DNA from: a bacterium
Lineage (GTDB): Bacteria > Patescibacteriota > Minisyncoccia > Minisyncoccales > GWA2-46-15
Direction: 5' to 3'
DNA: 64,000 nt
NCBI GenBank assembly: GCA_030693425.1
Contig: JAUYAM010000005.1
Span: 12,950-76,949 of the forward strand
Shown here: positions 41,524 through 49,501 of the stretch, one piece after another
How positions within the stretch are numbered: the stretch's first letter is position 1
How the letters are laid out: the number at the start of each line of letters is the position of its first letter
The notes under the pieces: model-generated
What the model was told of the DNA's origin: nothing
What the model saw: only the letters and a program-made list of their open reading frames with translations
Database searches by the model: none
Made by a program: the position numbers and the translations under genes

Positions 41524-41740
41524 CTTCGTTCTTTAGATAGTTAAGAAGCGTTTTTCTCTTGGAAACCATTTTCAAAAGGCCCCTTTTTGAGGCGAAATCC
41601 TTTGAAAACTTCTTCAGGTGCAAAATCAACCGGTTAATCTCTTCAGAAAGAATGGCGATTTGGGCTTCGGGAGAGCCGGTGTCTTTTTCGTGAAGCTTGG
41701 CTTTTTCGATAGCCTTTCGTTTTTCTTCAGGAGTTAGCAT
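41474..41740 (-). CDS. rpsO: 30S ribosomal protein S15
   Basis: 88 aa from the internal ATG ([40 protein letters not shown].. DF.S.RGLL). Confidence 0.9.
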   Translation of the reverse strand: MLTPEEKRKAIEKAKLHEKDTGSPEAQIAILSEEINRLILHLKKFSKDFASKRGLLKMVSKRKTLLNYLKNEDEKRYNEISKKVGLGK

Positions 41741-41937
41741 ATGTTTATTATAGCATAAAATGATATATCGAGCGTCTCGCCCGCTATAACTTATCAGCCC
41801 CTTCTTTAGAAAGGGGTCAATCAATATTCCCTTCTTATATTATTATGATCAATTAGTCAAACCCCCGCGCCAATAAATTTATCTTTCCATTAAATCTGTT
41901 AGAATGATAAAGAGTCGTTTATCAAAGAATAAGAAAA

Positions 41938-43272
41938 ATGAATAAAACATATTCGATTATCACCTACGGTTGCGCCATGAACCGGTCGGACTCGGAAAGA
42001 ATCGTCACGGTTTTAGAAAAGGCCGGCTACCGGAAAGTTTGCAGGAGTCGGACTCCTGATATTTTGGTTTTTAACGCTTGTTCGGTCAGGCAATCAGCCA
42101 TTGACCGGATTTACGGCCAGATGGAAAAGTTTTCTGAGCTGAAAAGAAGAAACCCGCATTTTAAAGTTATTGCCACTGGCTGCATTTTGCCTCGGGATAG
42201 ACAAAGGTTTTTCAAGGAGCTTGATTTAATTTTTAACATCAAAGATTTGACAAACCTGCCCCGGTTCTTGAAAAAACTCAACAAAGATGAAAGAATTCTG
42301 CCTCCCTTGCCGATTTTGGCAGGAAGCAAAGGCTTAAGCCTGAAAGAAATCAGCTACTTTAAGACTAAACCCGGCCGCCAGAGCAAGTTTTCGGCTCTAG
42401 TGCCCATTTCTTTCGGCTGCAACAGATTTTGCGCTTATTGCGCTGTTCCCTATACCAGGGGCTTGGAAATTAACCGTCCCGGTGCCGATATTCTTGCCGA
42501 AGTTGCTAACCTCGTCTCGCACGGATACAAGGAAATCTGGCTTTTGGGGCAGACGGTTTCCAGCTGGCGCGACCCGCAGAACAAGCAGTATAAATTCGTT
42601 GACCTTTTGCGAGATATTGAGCAAATCCCGGGGAAATTCTGGGTCAGATTTGAATCATCTTATATTTTGGACTTCGGCAATGAACTGATTGATTTTTTGG
42701 CGAAAGCTAAAAAAGTGAACAACTACTTGAATCTGCCCCTGCAGTCAGGGTCCGATAGAATTCTTAAGAAAATGAACCGCAAATACGCGGTTAAACAGTA
42801 CTCGGAGATCTTAAAAAAAATGAAAGCGAAAATTCCCGATTTTAGTTTCTCTACCGACATTATCATCGGCTTTTGCGGGGAGATGGAAAAAGATTTTCAG
42901 GATACTTACAATGTTTTCAAGAAAATCCAACCAACTATGGCCTATATCGCTCAATACTCTTCTCGACCGGGAACGGTTGCCGAAAGGCTAATGAAAGACA
43001 ATGTCCTAAAAAAACTGAAAGAGGCCAGATTTGAAAAACTAACCAGGCTTTTGAGAAAAACCGCTAAAGAAAACCTTGGAAAAGAAATCGGCAAAACCCT
43101 TGAAGTTTTAGTTGATACTTATTTGCCTAAAAGGAAAGAATGTCTGGGCAGATCCAGGAATTTTAAAACTGTCAGATTTAAATCTCAAAAGAATCTTTGC
43201 GGGAAATTCGCCAATGTCAAAATCCTCAAAGCCCGCGAGTTTGAACTCGAAGGAAGGCCAGAAAAGTCTTAA
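41938..43272 (+). CDS. miaB: MiaB-family radical-SAM methylthiotransferase
   Basis: 444 aa. N-terminal YGCAMNRSDSE, radical-SAM CNRFCAYC, C-terminal TRAM-like domain. Confidence 0.85.
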   Translation: MNKTYSIITYGCAMNRSDSERIVTVLEKAGYRKVCRSRTPDILVFNACSVRQSAIDRIYGQMEKFSELKRRNPHFKVIATGCILPRDRQRFFKELDLIFNIKDLTNLPRFLKKLNKDERILPPLPILAGSKGLSLKEISYFKTKPGRQSKFSALVPISFGCNRFCAYCAVPYTRGLEINRPGADILAEVANLVSHGYKEIWLLGQTVSSWRDPQNKQYKFVDLLRDIEQIPGKFWVRFESSYILDFGNELIDFLAKAKKVNNYLNLPLQSGSDRILKKMNRKYAVKQYSEILKKMKAKIPDFSFSTDIIIGFCGEMEKDFQDTYNVFKKIQPTMAYIAQYSSRPGTVAERLMKDNVLKKLKEARFEKLTRLLRKTAKENLGKEIGKTLEVLVDTYLPKRKECLGRSRNFKTVRFKSQKNLCGKFANVKILKAREFELEGRPEKS

Positions 43273-43291
43273 CTCTCCCCAACCTATTACC

Positions 43292-43315
43292 AAAAATCCA
43301 CGATCGTGGATTTTT
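43292..43315. repeat. CACGATCGTGG palindrome family, copy P3 (perfect 24-bp palindrome)
   Basis: AAAAATCCACGATCGTGGATTTTT, 20 nt after the miaB stop. It could act as a bidirectional terminator. Confidence 0.85.
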
Positions 43316-43352
43316 GGTTGTCGGTTAGTTTATTCTGAGATATAATGGAAAA

Positions 43353-43901
43353 ATGGTTAAACTTAATACTTTAACGAAAAAAGTTTTACTTTTATTGGCT
43401 GGCGGATTAGCGCTTGGTTGTACTTATCATCCTGGCAGACAGTGGAAAATTATAAGGTCGGTTAATCGAGAATGGAAAAAAATTAATGAAAAAGAGCTTT
43501 GGCGCGAAATAAGGAAACTTTATCGTTCTAGGCTGGTGGAGAAGAAAGAAAATCCGGATGGCAGCCTTACTTTTGTTTTAAGCACGAAGGGGAAAATTAA
43601 AACCTTGAATTTCCGGTTTGAAAAAATTTGCTTGCAAAGGGAAAACTGGGATAAAAAATGGCGCTTGGTGATTTTTGATATCCCCGAGAGATTAAGGCAG
43701 GCAAGAGATGCTTTAAGGGAAAAGTTAAAACAACTTGGTTTTTACGAGCTCCAAAAAAGCGTTTTCGTTTTTCCTTATGAATGCGAAGACGAAATTGATT
43801 TTGTGATTGAATTTTTTGAGATGCGTCAATATGTCAGAACTATTTTGGCAGAGAAAATCGATAACGAGCTTCATCTGAAAAAAATATTTGACCTGATTTA
43901 A
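43353..43901 (+). CDS. PaaX-like / Cas2-fold regulator-like protein
   Basis: 182 aa. WDKKWRLVIFDIPERLRQARDALREKLKQLGFYELQKSVFVFPY matches the PaaX middle-domain pattern (W.G.W..V.F.IPE..R..R..L...L...GF). Confidence 0.5.
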   Translation: MVKLNTLTKKVLLLLAGGLALGCTYHPGRQWKIIRSVNREWKKINEKELWREIRKLYRSRLVEKKENPDGSLTFVLSTKGKIKTLNFRFEKICLQRENWDKKWRLVIFDIPERLRQARDALREKLKQLGFYELQKSVFVFPYECEDEIDFVIEFFEMRQYVRTILAEKIDNELHLKKIFDLI

Positions 43902-43916
43902 AATAACCGATGACGG

Positions 43917-43938
43917 AATTTCCACGATCGTGGAAATT
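43917..43938. repeat. CACGATCGTGG palindrome family, copy P4 (perfect 22-bp palindrome)
   Basis: AATTTCCACGATCGTGGAAATT, lying between convergent genes. Confidence 0.85.
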
Positions 43939-43973
43939 TCGTAATGGGTGACCGGGAAGAAATGAGTTTTCGG

Positions 43974-44678
43974 CTAGAAAATTTCGTAATCGCCGTTGCT
44001 TTCGATCGAGCAGTAATTTTTTAGGCCGAAAGAACATAGTAGTTCGTCAAAAGAAAAGATTCCTTTAAAAATGATCTTACCTTCAGAGACGGTGACTTCC
44101 TGGAGTGCTAGGTCTTTCATTCTTGCGGCGATTCCATTGATTTCCTGCTGGGCAATATTTTCCAGCTGGGCAGTGGTTTCCAGAGAAACTGGCTGGCTAT
44201 CAAGCAAGACTTTTTCAAATTTAACGTCAACATTTCTTTCATTTCTCAAAGCAAGCGTTCCCTCGACCTCAATGTTCCCTTGGAGCGGTTTTAGCAGCCG
44301 AGCCTTTGCTAAGTATTTGCTATCGCTAAATTTGATCTTAAAATCGCGAAAATACTGGCAAGGCAGGACAATTGTTTCTGGTTGAACTGGCGCTGGTTCT
44401 TTGCCGCCGGTCAGATTTTTCACGAAATTCACTCCTTGGATTATTGGATTGCCCAAGCCGCATAATAAATCCAAGCCGGCATTAACTTCTTCTTCGGTTA
44501 GTTCCAGGGTTGTGGGCACTGGTGGATAAGCTTGGATTCCGCTTTGGCCGGCAGCGATTTTTACTAGCAGACCCTTGACGATGACGGCATTTTTAGCGGT
44601 TCTGACTGCGCCCTTAACAATAAAAACTGTCCCGATCAAAACGAGGATTAAGATTGCCAGAAGAATTTTCTTTTTCAT
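43974..44678 (-). CDS. hypothetical membrane-anchored/secreted protein
   Basis: 234 aa. N-terminal MKKKILLAILILVLIGTVFIV anchor. No family recognised. Confidence 0.5.
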   Translation of the reverse strand: MKKKILLAILILVLIGTVFIVKGAVRTAKNAVIVKGLLVKIAAGQSGIQAYPPVPTTLELTEEEVNAGLDLLCGLGNPIIQGVNFVKNLTGGKEPAPVQPETIVLPCQYFRDFKIKFSDSKYLAKARLLKPLQGNIEVEGTLALRNERNVDVKFEKVLLDSQPVSLETTAQLENIAQQEINGIAARMKDLALQEVTVSEGKIIFKGIFSFDELLCSFGLKNYCSIESNGDYEIF

Positions 44679-44783
44679 ATTAATAAAGCTTCGTTAATTT
44701 ATAATTTTTTGTTTTGCGAAGCCGAATAGCGCTTTTTGAATTTATTTGCCGCCACCGCCAGGAATCATTTTTCTATTATTCGT

Positions 44784-46478
44784 TTAAGGCGTGATTTTCT
44801 TATAATAATCGCTCTTTCCCTTATTGACTTGTTGTCTTATTGCTCCACTGTTAAAATTTAGATTAATTATTCCCTGGTAATTTCTTAATTGGGAAATAGC
44901 AAAGGTGCCATTAGTTACGATTGCTCGGTAGCTTCCACTCGGAGTTAAAGCGACCAGGGTACCGTTTTGTAAGGGGGCAAGAATTCCAAACAGGCCATTG
45001 GCTGTCTGAAGAGGGGCATAGGTGGTATCGGTTATGCCGCCATATGTGCCTGTTACCACTGCATAATCATTGACGGGAGACGGGTTAAAAAGAAGATAGG
45101 CAAACCCGTTTTCATCGGTCGTGAGCACGCGGCCATTACAATTTGGTAGGGGCTGACTATTACTAGCTTTTTTACAAGAAAGACTTATCGGGGCATTGGG
45201 AATAGGGACGTCACCTTCAAAGGTTTCTACGTAAGCCAGCGCCGCGATTCCCCTGAAAGTTATCCCTGCATAGGAAAAACTGCCATAGCTAAGGTAAATC
45301 GTTGTACCTTGTTGGGGATCGTTCCGGAGAATATATTGGCCGTTTATCCATGCGGGAATGTGTTTTCCCTCAAGAGTAAGAGAGGGGGTTAGGCTTTCTA
45401 CTCTCTGGCGCAATAGGTTGTAGTCTTTTAGGATTTCCGGTTCGGTTAGGCCGATACCGTAAAAAAGCAGATTCATGTCTTTAAATAATCTAGGATATTC
45501 AAAATAGGCCTTGCCCCAAGCATAAGCCCCCATCATATAACGCACGCTGGCCAACGGTCTAAATCCATGGAAAGAACCGTTTCTGGGGGTAATTTGGGAT
45601 TTATTAAGATTTTCATACCACGTCATTAAACGGAAATTCAAATTTGGTTCTGTTGCCAGATTGATTTGCGAATGGACAATAATTTTTAGGGCCTCGGTCA
45701 TACTTTCGGAAAATTGGTCGGGATAAGGTATAAGATCATCCTGAAAAGCGTGGCCAATCTCGTGTGTCAGCACGACAAGATAAAGAGAAGGTATGGGAGC
45801 CAAGTAGATTGTATTCGTCGAAGAATTGTACATTCCAAAAATACCCTCTTCTATCAACCAGGAGCTTTTAACAATATTAACAGAAATATCAAAAAGCGGC
45901 GGACCAGCAATTTGTTTCATTCTCGGATAGACTGAATTTATACGATTGGTTATTGCTTGTTTCTCCGCTGCTGTCCAGGGTTCGTCCGGCGAGTTGAAAG
46001 TAAAGTGCAAATCGTTATTTATTGTCGTCGAAATCCCATTTTTCTTGGCCTTCTCTAAATCAGGCCTTAGATCTTTGTTATTGTAGGTTTCTACCACTAC
46101 CAGATCCCGATTTACTGGCAGAGGCGAAAGATTAAGGACAAAGTCTTTCGGCAATTTTTTGGTTCGAAAGCTCTTTAACCCTTGTTTGACCTCGGCAAAA
46201 TTTGCCTTCTGGGAAGAAACGGGAATCCTGATGACTGTGCCGGATGTATTCTGGCTAGCCGTTTTAGGCATTGCTCCGCTTGAAGGTTTTTGAATCAAAA
46301 AGTTGTTCCCGTTGGAAACAGCCGACTGGAGATATCGGTAAATCGCCACGAGATAATTATTCCCCTTTTCCGCCTGCTGGGAGCCGCCAGTCCGGCTATC
46401 CAAGGCGACTTTGACCAGAATGGTTGCTCCGACCGCCAAAACCGCTAATAACGAGAAGATAAGAATTTTCTTTTTCAT
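44784..46478 (-). CDS. secreted protein with HExxH zinc-metalloprotease motif
   Basis: 564 aa. Signal peptide; LVVLTHEIGHAFQD. Otherwise unrecognised. Confidence 0.5.
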   Translation of the reverse strand: MKKKILIFSLLAVLAVGATILVKVALDSRTGGSQQAEKGNNYLVAIYRYLQSAVSNGNNFLIQKPSSGAMPKTASQNTSGTVIRIPVSSQKANFAEVKQGLKSFRTKKLPKDFVLNLSPLPVNRDLVVVETYNNKDLRPDLEKAKKNGISTTINNDLHFTFNSPDEPWTAAEKQAITNRINSVYPRMKQIAGPPLFDISVNIVKSSWLIEEGIFGMYNSSTNTIYLAPIPSLYLVVLTHEIGHAFQDDLIPYPDQFSESMTEALKIIVHSQINLATEPNLNFRLMTWYENLNKSQITPRNGSFHGFRPLASVRYMMGAYAWGKAYFEYPRLFKDMNLLFYGIGLTEPEILKDYNLLRQRVESLTPSLTLEGKHIPAWINGQYILRNDPQQGTTIYLSYGSFSYAGITFRGIAALAYVETFEGDVPIPNAPISLSCKKASNSQPLPNCNGRVLTTDENGFAYLLFNPSPVNDYAVVTGTYGGITDTTYAPLQTANGLFGILAPLQNGTLVALTPSGSYRAIVTNGTFAISQLRNYQGIINLNFNSGAIRQQVNKGKSDYYKKITP

Positions 46479-46537
46479 GTTTTTAATTGTCTAATTTTTT
46501 AATTTTTCTTCTTTACTTTTTAATTTGAACGAAGCGA

Positions 46538-46567
46538 TTGTGTCCCCACCAGGATTCGGACATGGAT
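46538..46567 (-). repeat. degenerate copy of the 3'-terminal 30 nt of tRNA-Lys
   Basis: By my hand alignment, 24 of 30 positions match plus-strand 48063-48092 (ttgtgtccccaccaggattcggacatggat versus tggtgcccccaccaggactcgaacctggag). Confidence 0.6.
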
Positions 46568-46663
46568 AGTTAGAAGGGTGGTTTTTCTTGCCGTTGGACC
46601 GAAAGAGCCTCGCCAATCCTTAACTTATTCGTTCGGAAACAGAAAAATTTCTTAACAACCATC

Positions 46664-48040
46664 TTATTTTTCCGATGAGACAACTTTGATTTGAGTTAGC
46701 TCTTGGAAGCCGTGCTTGCCGTGTTCGCGTCCCATTCCGGATTCCTTATATCCCCCAAAGGGATTACAGGCTAGCCAGTGATTGGCATTGTTGATTTCCA
46801 CCGTCCCCGATTGTATTTGCGAAGCCACTCGGAGCGCCCTCTTGCTGTCTTTGGTAAATATCAGCGAGCCCAGACCGTACTTACTGTCATTGGCCAATTC
46901 CACCGCCTCTTTCTCCGTTTTAAACGGCACGATCGCTAAAACCGGACCAAAAGTTTCTTCCTGCCAAACTCTCATGTTACGTTTGATATTGGTTAAAATG
47001 GTCGGCAGATAATAAGCGCCCTTTAGCCCCATTGGCCTTTTGCCGCCGGTGATAACCTTGGCGCCTTTTTTGACAGCGTCGTTAACTTGCGCTTCCAACA
47101 AATCCAGCTGTCTTTGGGCCACTAAGCTGCCGATGTCCGTTTTGGAATTTTCTGGATCGCCAACGATTTTCGTTTCTACCACCCTTTTTATCTTTTCCAC
47201 GACCTCGTCAAACAAAGACCGATGAACAATCAGTCTTTTCAAAGCGTCGCAGGTTTGCCCGCAGTTCCTAAATCTTTTGGTATAGATTTTATCAATGAAC
47301 TTATCAACATCCGCGTCGTCAAAAATAATTCCCGGGTTTGAACCGCCCATTTCCAAAACCACTTTAATGAATTTATCGGCAGCGATTTTATAGATGGCTT
47401 TTCCCGCTTTAGAACTGCCGGTGAACCAAATCAAATCAATGTTTTGGCGGAGCAGCATCTCGCCAATTCTGCCGTCGCCATAGATTTCAGAAAAAACTCC
47501 TGGCGGTAAACGGCAATCATTAACCAATTTTTCTATAAGTCTTCCGGTTAGTGGACATTCCTCCGAATGTTTTAAAATGACGGGGTTGCCGGCGATTAAA
47601 TTCGGAATTACTCCCCAGACAAACATGCCGTAAGGCTGATTCCACGGGATAATGACAGCTGTTACCCCAAGCGGTTCATATATGATTTTATGAACGGATT
47701 TACCGTCTTCATAAGTTATTTCGTCTGCCAACGATTTTTCGCCGTTTTCCAGGAACCAGCGGAAGGTTTTCGCATATCGGTCCATTTCCGATTCAACGTC
47801 ATCCTTTGCCTTACCGGTTTCTTTAATGACAATATCCCGGATCTCTTTTCTTCCTTTCAATAATCTTTCATGAACCGGCCATAGAAGTTTGGTTCTTTTG
47901 GCTATGCCCAATTTTTTCCAAGCGGTTTTAACTTTCTGCGCCGCGGTAACCTTCTTTTCTATTTCTTCTGCGGTCGAAATATTGATCGAGCCGACTATTT
48001 CGTAATTTTTTGCGGGATTAGTAGAAGTAAGTTTGACCAT
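46664..48040 (-). CDS. NAD(P)-dependent aldehyde dehydrogenase family protein
   Basis: 458 aa. FTGSSKAGK, VLEMGGSNP, catalytic-Cys context FRNCGQTCDALKR, EETFGPV. Confidence 0.85.
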   Translation of the reverse strand: MVKLTSTNPAKNYEIVGSINISTAEEIEKKVTAAQKVKTAWKKLGIAKRTKLLWPVHERLLKGRKEIRDIVIKETGKAKDDVESEMDRYAKTFRWFLENGEKSLADEITYEDGKSVHKIIYEPLGVTAVIIPWNQPYGMFVWGVIPNLIAGNPVILKHSEECPLTGRLIEKLVNDCRLPPGVFSEIYGDGRIGEMLLRQNIDLIWFTGSSKAGKAIYKIAADKFIKVVLEMGGSNPGIIFDDADVDKFIDKIYTKRFRNCGQTCDALKRLIVHRSLFDEVVEKIKRVVETKIVGDPENSKTDIGSLVAQRQLDLLEAQVNDAVKKGAKVITGGKRPMGLKGAYYLPTILTNIKRNMRVWQEETFGPVLAIVPFKTEKEAVELANDSKYGLGSLIFTKDSKRALRVASQIQSGTVEINNANHWLACNPFGGYKESGMGREHGKHGFQELTQIKVVSSEK

Positions 48041-48062
48041 AATTTCTTGAATGGTTTAATTC

Positions 48063-48137
48063 TGGTGCCCCCACCAGGACTCGAACCTGGAGTCATCTTC
48101 TTAAGAGGAAGTTGCTTTACCATTAAGCTATGGGGGC
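48063..48137 (-). tRNA. tRNA-Lys (anticodon CUU), CCA encoded
   Basis: Hand-folded cloverleaf: GCCCCCA/TGGGGGC acceptor, anticodon loop CTCTTAA, T-arm CCAGG-TTCGAGT-CCTGG, then ACCA. Confidence 0.9.
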
Positions 48138-48210
48138 TCTATACAAAGATTCTTCTAAGAATCTTTGTCGAGCCCGACAGAAACTTTCTAAAAAGTTTCT
48201 GTATAGGGCC
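48135..48210. ncRNA. tRNA-abutting nested-hairpin element, copy A
   Basis: GGCTCTAT-[ACAAAGATTC ttctaa GAATCTTTGT]-CGAGCCCG-[ACAGAAACTT tctaaa AAGTTTCTGT]-ATAGGGCC. The outer 8-bp stem overlaps the tRNA-Lys 5' end by 3 nt. Confidence 0.6.
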
Positions 48211-48720
48211 CTATAATCTTTCCACCAATTTTAATTCCAATTTATCGGTTTCAGTATCATAAACTGCAAAAGTGGCTTTGCTGAACATTCCAGATAAAGT
48301 TCCCGGATTGACTAGGCGGCACTCTCCCATCCTTTTCTCCCAGGGTTGGTGAGTGTGGCCAAAGAAAACTAAATCATATTTCTTGCCTCGGGTCAATTTT
48401 TCCGCGACTGCCGGCTCATGAACGAAAGCCAATCTTTTGCCGTCGATTTTCAGCTCGCCGGTCTTGCCGTAGAACTTCACGTTTTTTATGCCGAGCTCTT
48501 TTATTCTGAAAGGGTCTTTTGCGATTCCCACCGGGCCGATATTGCCCAAAATTAGATGAATCGCGCCCTTAAACGATTTGCTTATTTCTTTGAGCGTTCC
48601 GGGAGCGCAAACATCGCCGCAGTGAATCAGCGTTGTGATTTTGTTGCGGTTTATCCAAGCAAGAGCTTTTTTAATAGTCGCTAAGTTGTCGTGGCTGTCA
48701 GAAACAATGGCAATTTTCAT
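48211..48720 (-). CDS. YfcE/MJ0936-family metallophosphoesterase
   Basis: 169 aa. MKIAIVSDSHDN, IHCGDV, GNIG, FGHTHQP. Confidence 0.85.
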   Translation of the reverse strand: MKIAIVSDSHDNLATIKKALAWINRNKITTLIHCGDVCAPGTLKEISKSFKGAIHLILGNIGPVGIAKDPFRIKELGIKNVKFYGKTGELKIDGKRLAFVHEPAVAEKLTRGKKYDLVFFGHTHQPWEKRMGECRLVNPGTLSGMFSKATFAVYDTETDKLELKLVERL

Positions 48721-48729
48721 ACTCGCATC

Positions 48730-49287
48730 TTAGGGTGCGCAGGGAAAAACAAACCAGTCTTGAATCCTTTGTCCGAGAATGCTGGCGGTCTGCAAGCCGA
48801 TGACAACGAAGAAAAGATTGACAAAAACCCAGGCGCCGTAAACAATCAACAGACCCATGGCAACGGAACCAATGATTGATTTCCCTTTTGTGATATAGGT
48901 TGGATTATAGCCGGAACCGATAATGAAGTAAGCTCCGCCGATGACGGTCAGCAAAATGGCTACTGGCGGGATGATCGTGAGCAGAAAGAAGTCAATAATA
49001 CCCTTGGCCATGACGAAAAAATGGCAGAGCTTGCAACGGTATTCACAATCTGGTGGATTGACCGGCATGCAGTCATATTTAACGGGGTCTGAAACTTCCG
49101 ATGGGTCGCAGCATCTTCCCAATCTGCCGCCGACGCCTCTGCCGGTGCCGCCGCCGCAGGGAACCAGGCCGTCAGCTGAAACCCAGGAAGCGATGGCTAG
49201 CAATATCAGCGAAATAATGACGATTTTTTTCATATATTTATTAATGTAGCTTATTAAATTAATATTTTCAACATGTCCCTGGCTCAT
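48730..49287 (-). CDS. Cys-containing TrbC/VirB2-like (T4SS-pilin-like) protein
   Basis: 185 aa. Signal peptide, Cys-rich stretch ending CKLCHFF, then two TM helices separated by GGAYFIIGSGYNP. Confidence 0.5.
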   Translation of the reverse strand: MSQGHVENINLISYINKYMKKIVIISLILLAIASWVSADGLVPCGGGTGRGVGGRLGRCCDPSEVSDPVKYDCMPVNPPDCEYRCKLCHFFVMAKGIIDFFLLTIIPPVAILLTVIGGAYFIIGSGYNPTYITKGKSIIGSVAMGLLIVYGAWVFVNLFFVVIGLQTASILGQRIQDWFVFPCAP

Positions 49288-49288
49288 G

Positions 49289-49360
49289 TGCCCCCGGGAA
49301 GACTCGAACTTCCATTACTGGTTCCGAAGACCAGGACTTTGTCCATTAAGCTACGGGGGC
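49289..49360 (-). tRNA. tRNA-Arg (anticodon UCG)
   Basis: Hand-folded cloverleaf: GCCCCCG/CGGGGGC acceptor, anticodon arm CTGGT-CTTCGGA-ACCAG, T-arm GGAAG-TTCGAGT-CTTCC. CCA is not encoded. Confidence 0.9.
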
Positions 49361-49415
49361 TCTATGCGCCCGAAGGGCGCCGAGCCCGGTCAAAACATGG
49401 TTTTGACATAGGGCC
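49358..49415. ncRNA. tRNA-abutting nested-hairpin element, copy B
   Basis: GGCTCTAT-[GCGCCC gaa GGGCGC]-CGAGCCCG-[GTCAAAAC atg GTTTTGAC]-ATAGGGCC. It overlaps the tRNA-Arg 5' end by 3 nt. Confidence 0.6.
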
Positions 49416-49501
49416 TTTACTTAATCTCACGATAACCCAATTATTTTAGAAAATCAATTGAAAAAAACCTGATTTTAAGATACCATAAAGCCAATAAGCC
49501 A

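Noticed and set aside
48135-48210. Self-cleaving ribozyme (hammerhead-like three-way junction) or simple terminators as an explanation for the tRNA-abutting elements
   Set aside because: No CUGAUGA/GAAA hammerhead core or other ribozyme core that I recognise is present. The hairpins lack downstream U-tracts, and copy B has no upstream gene to terminate.
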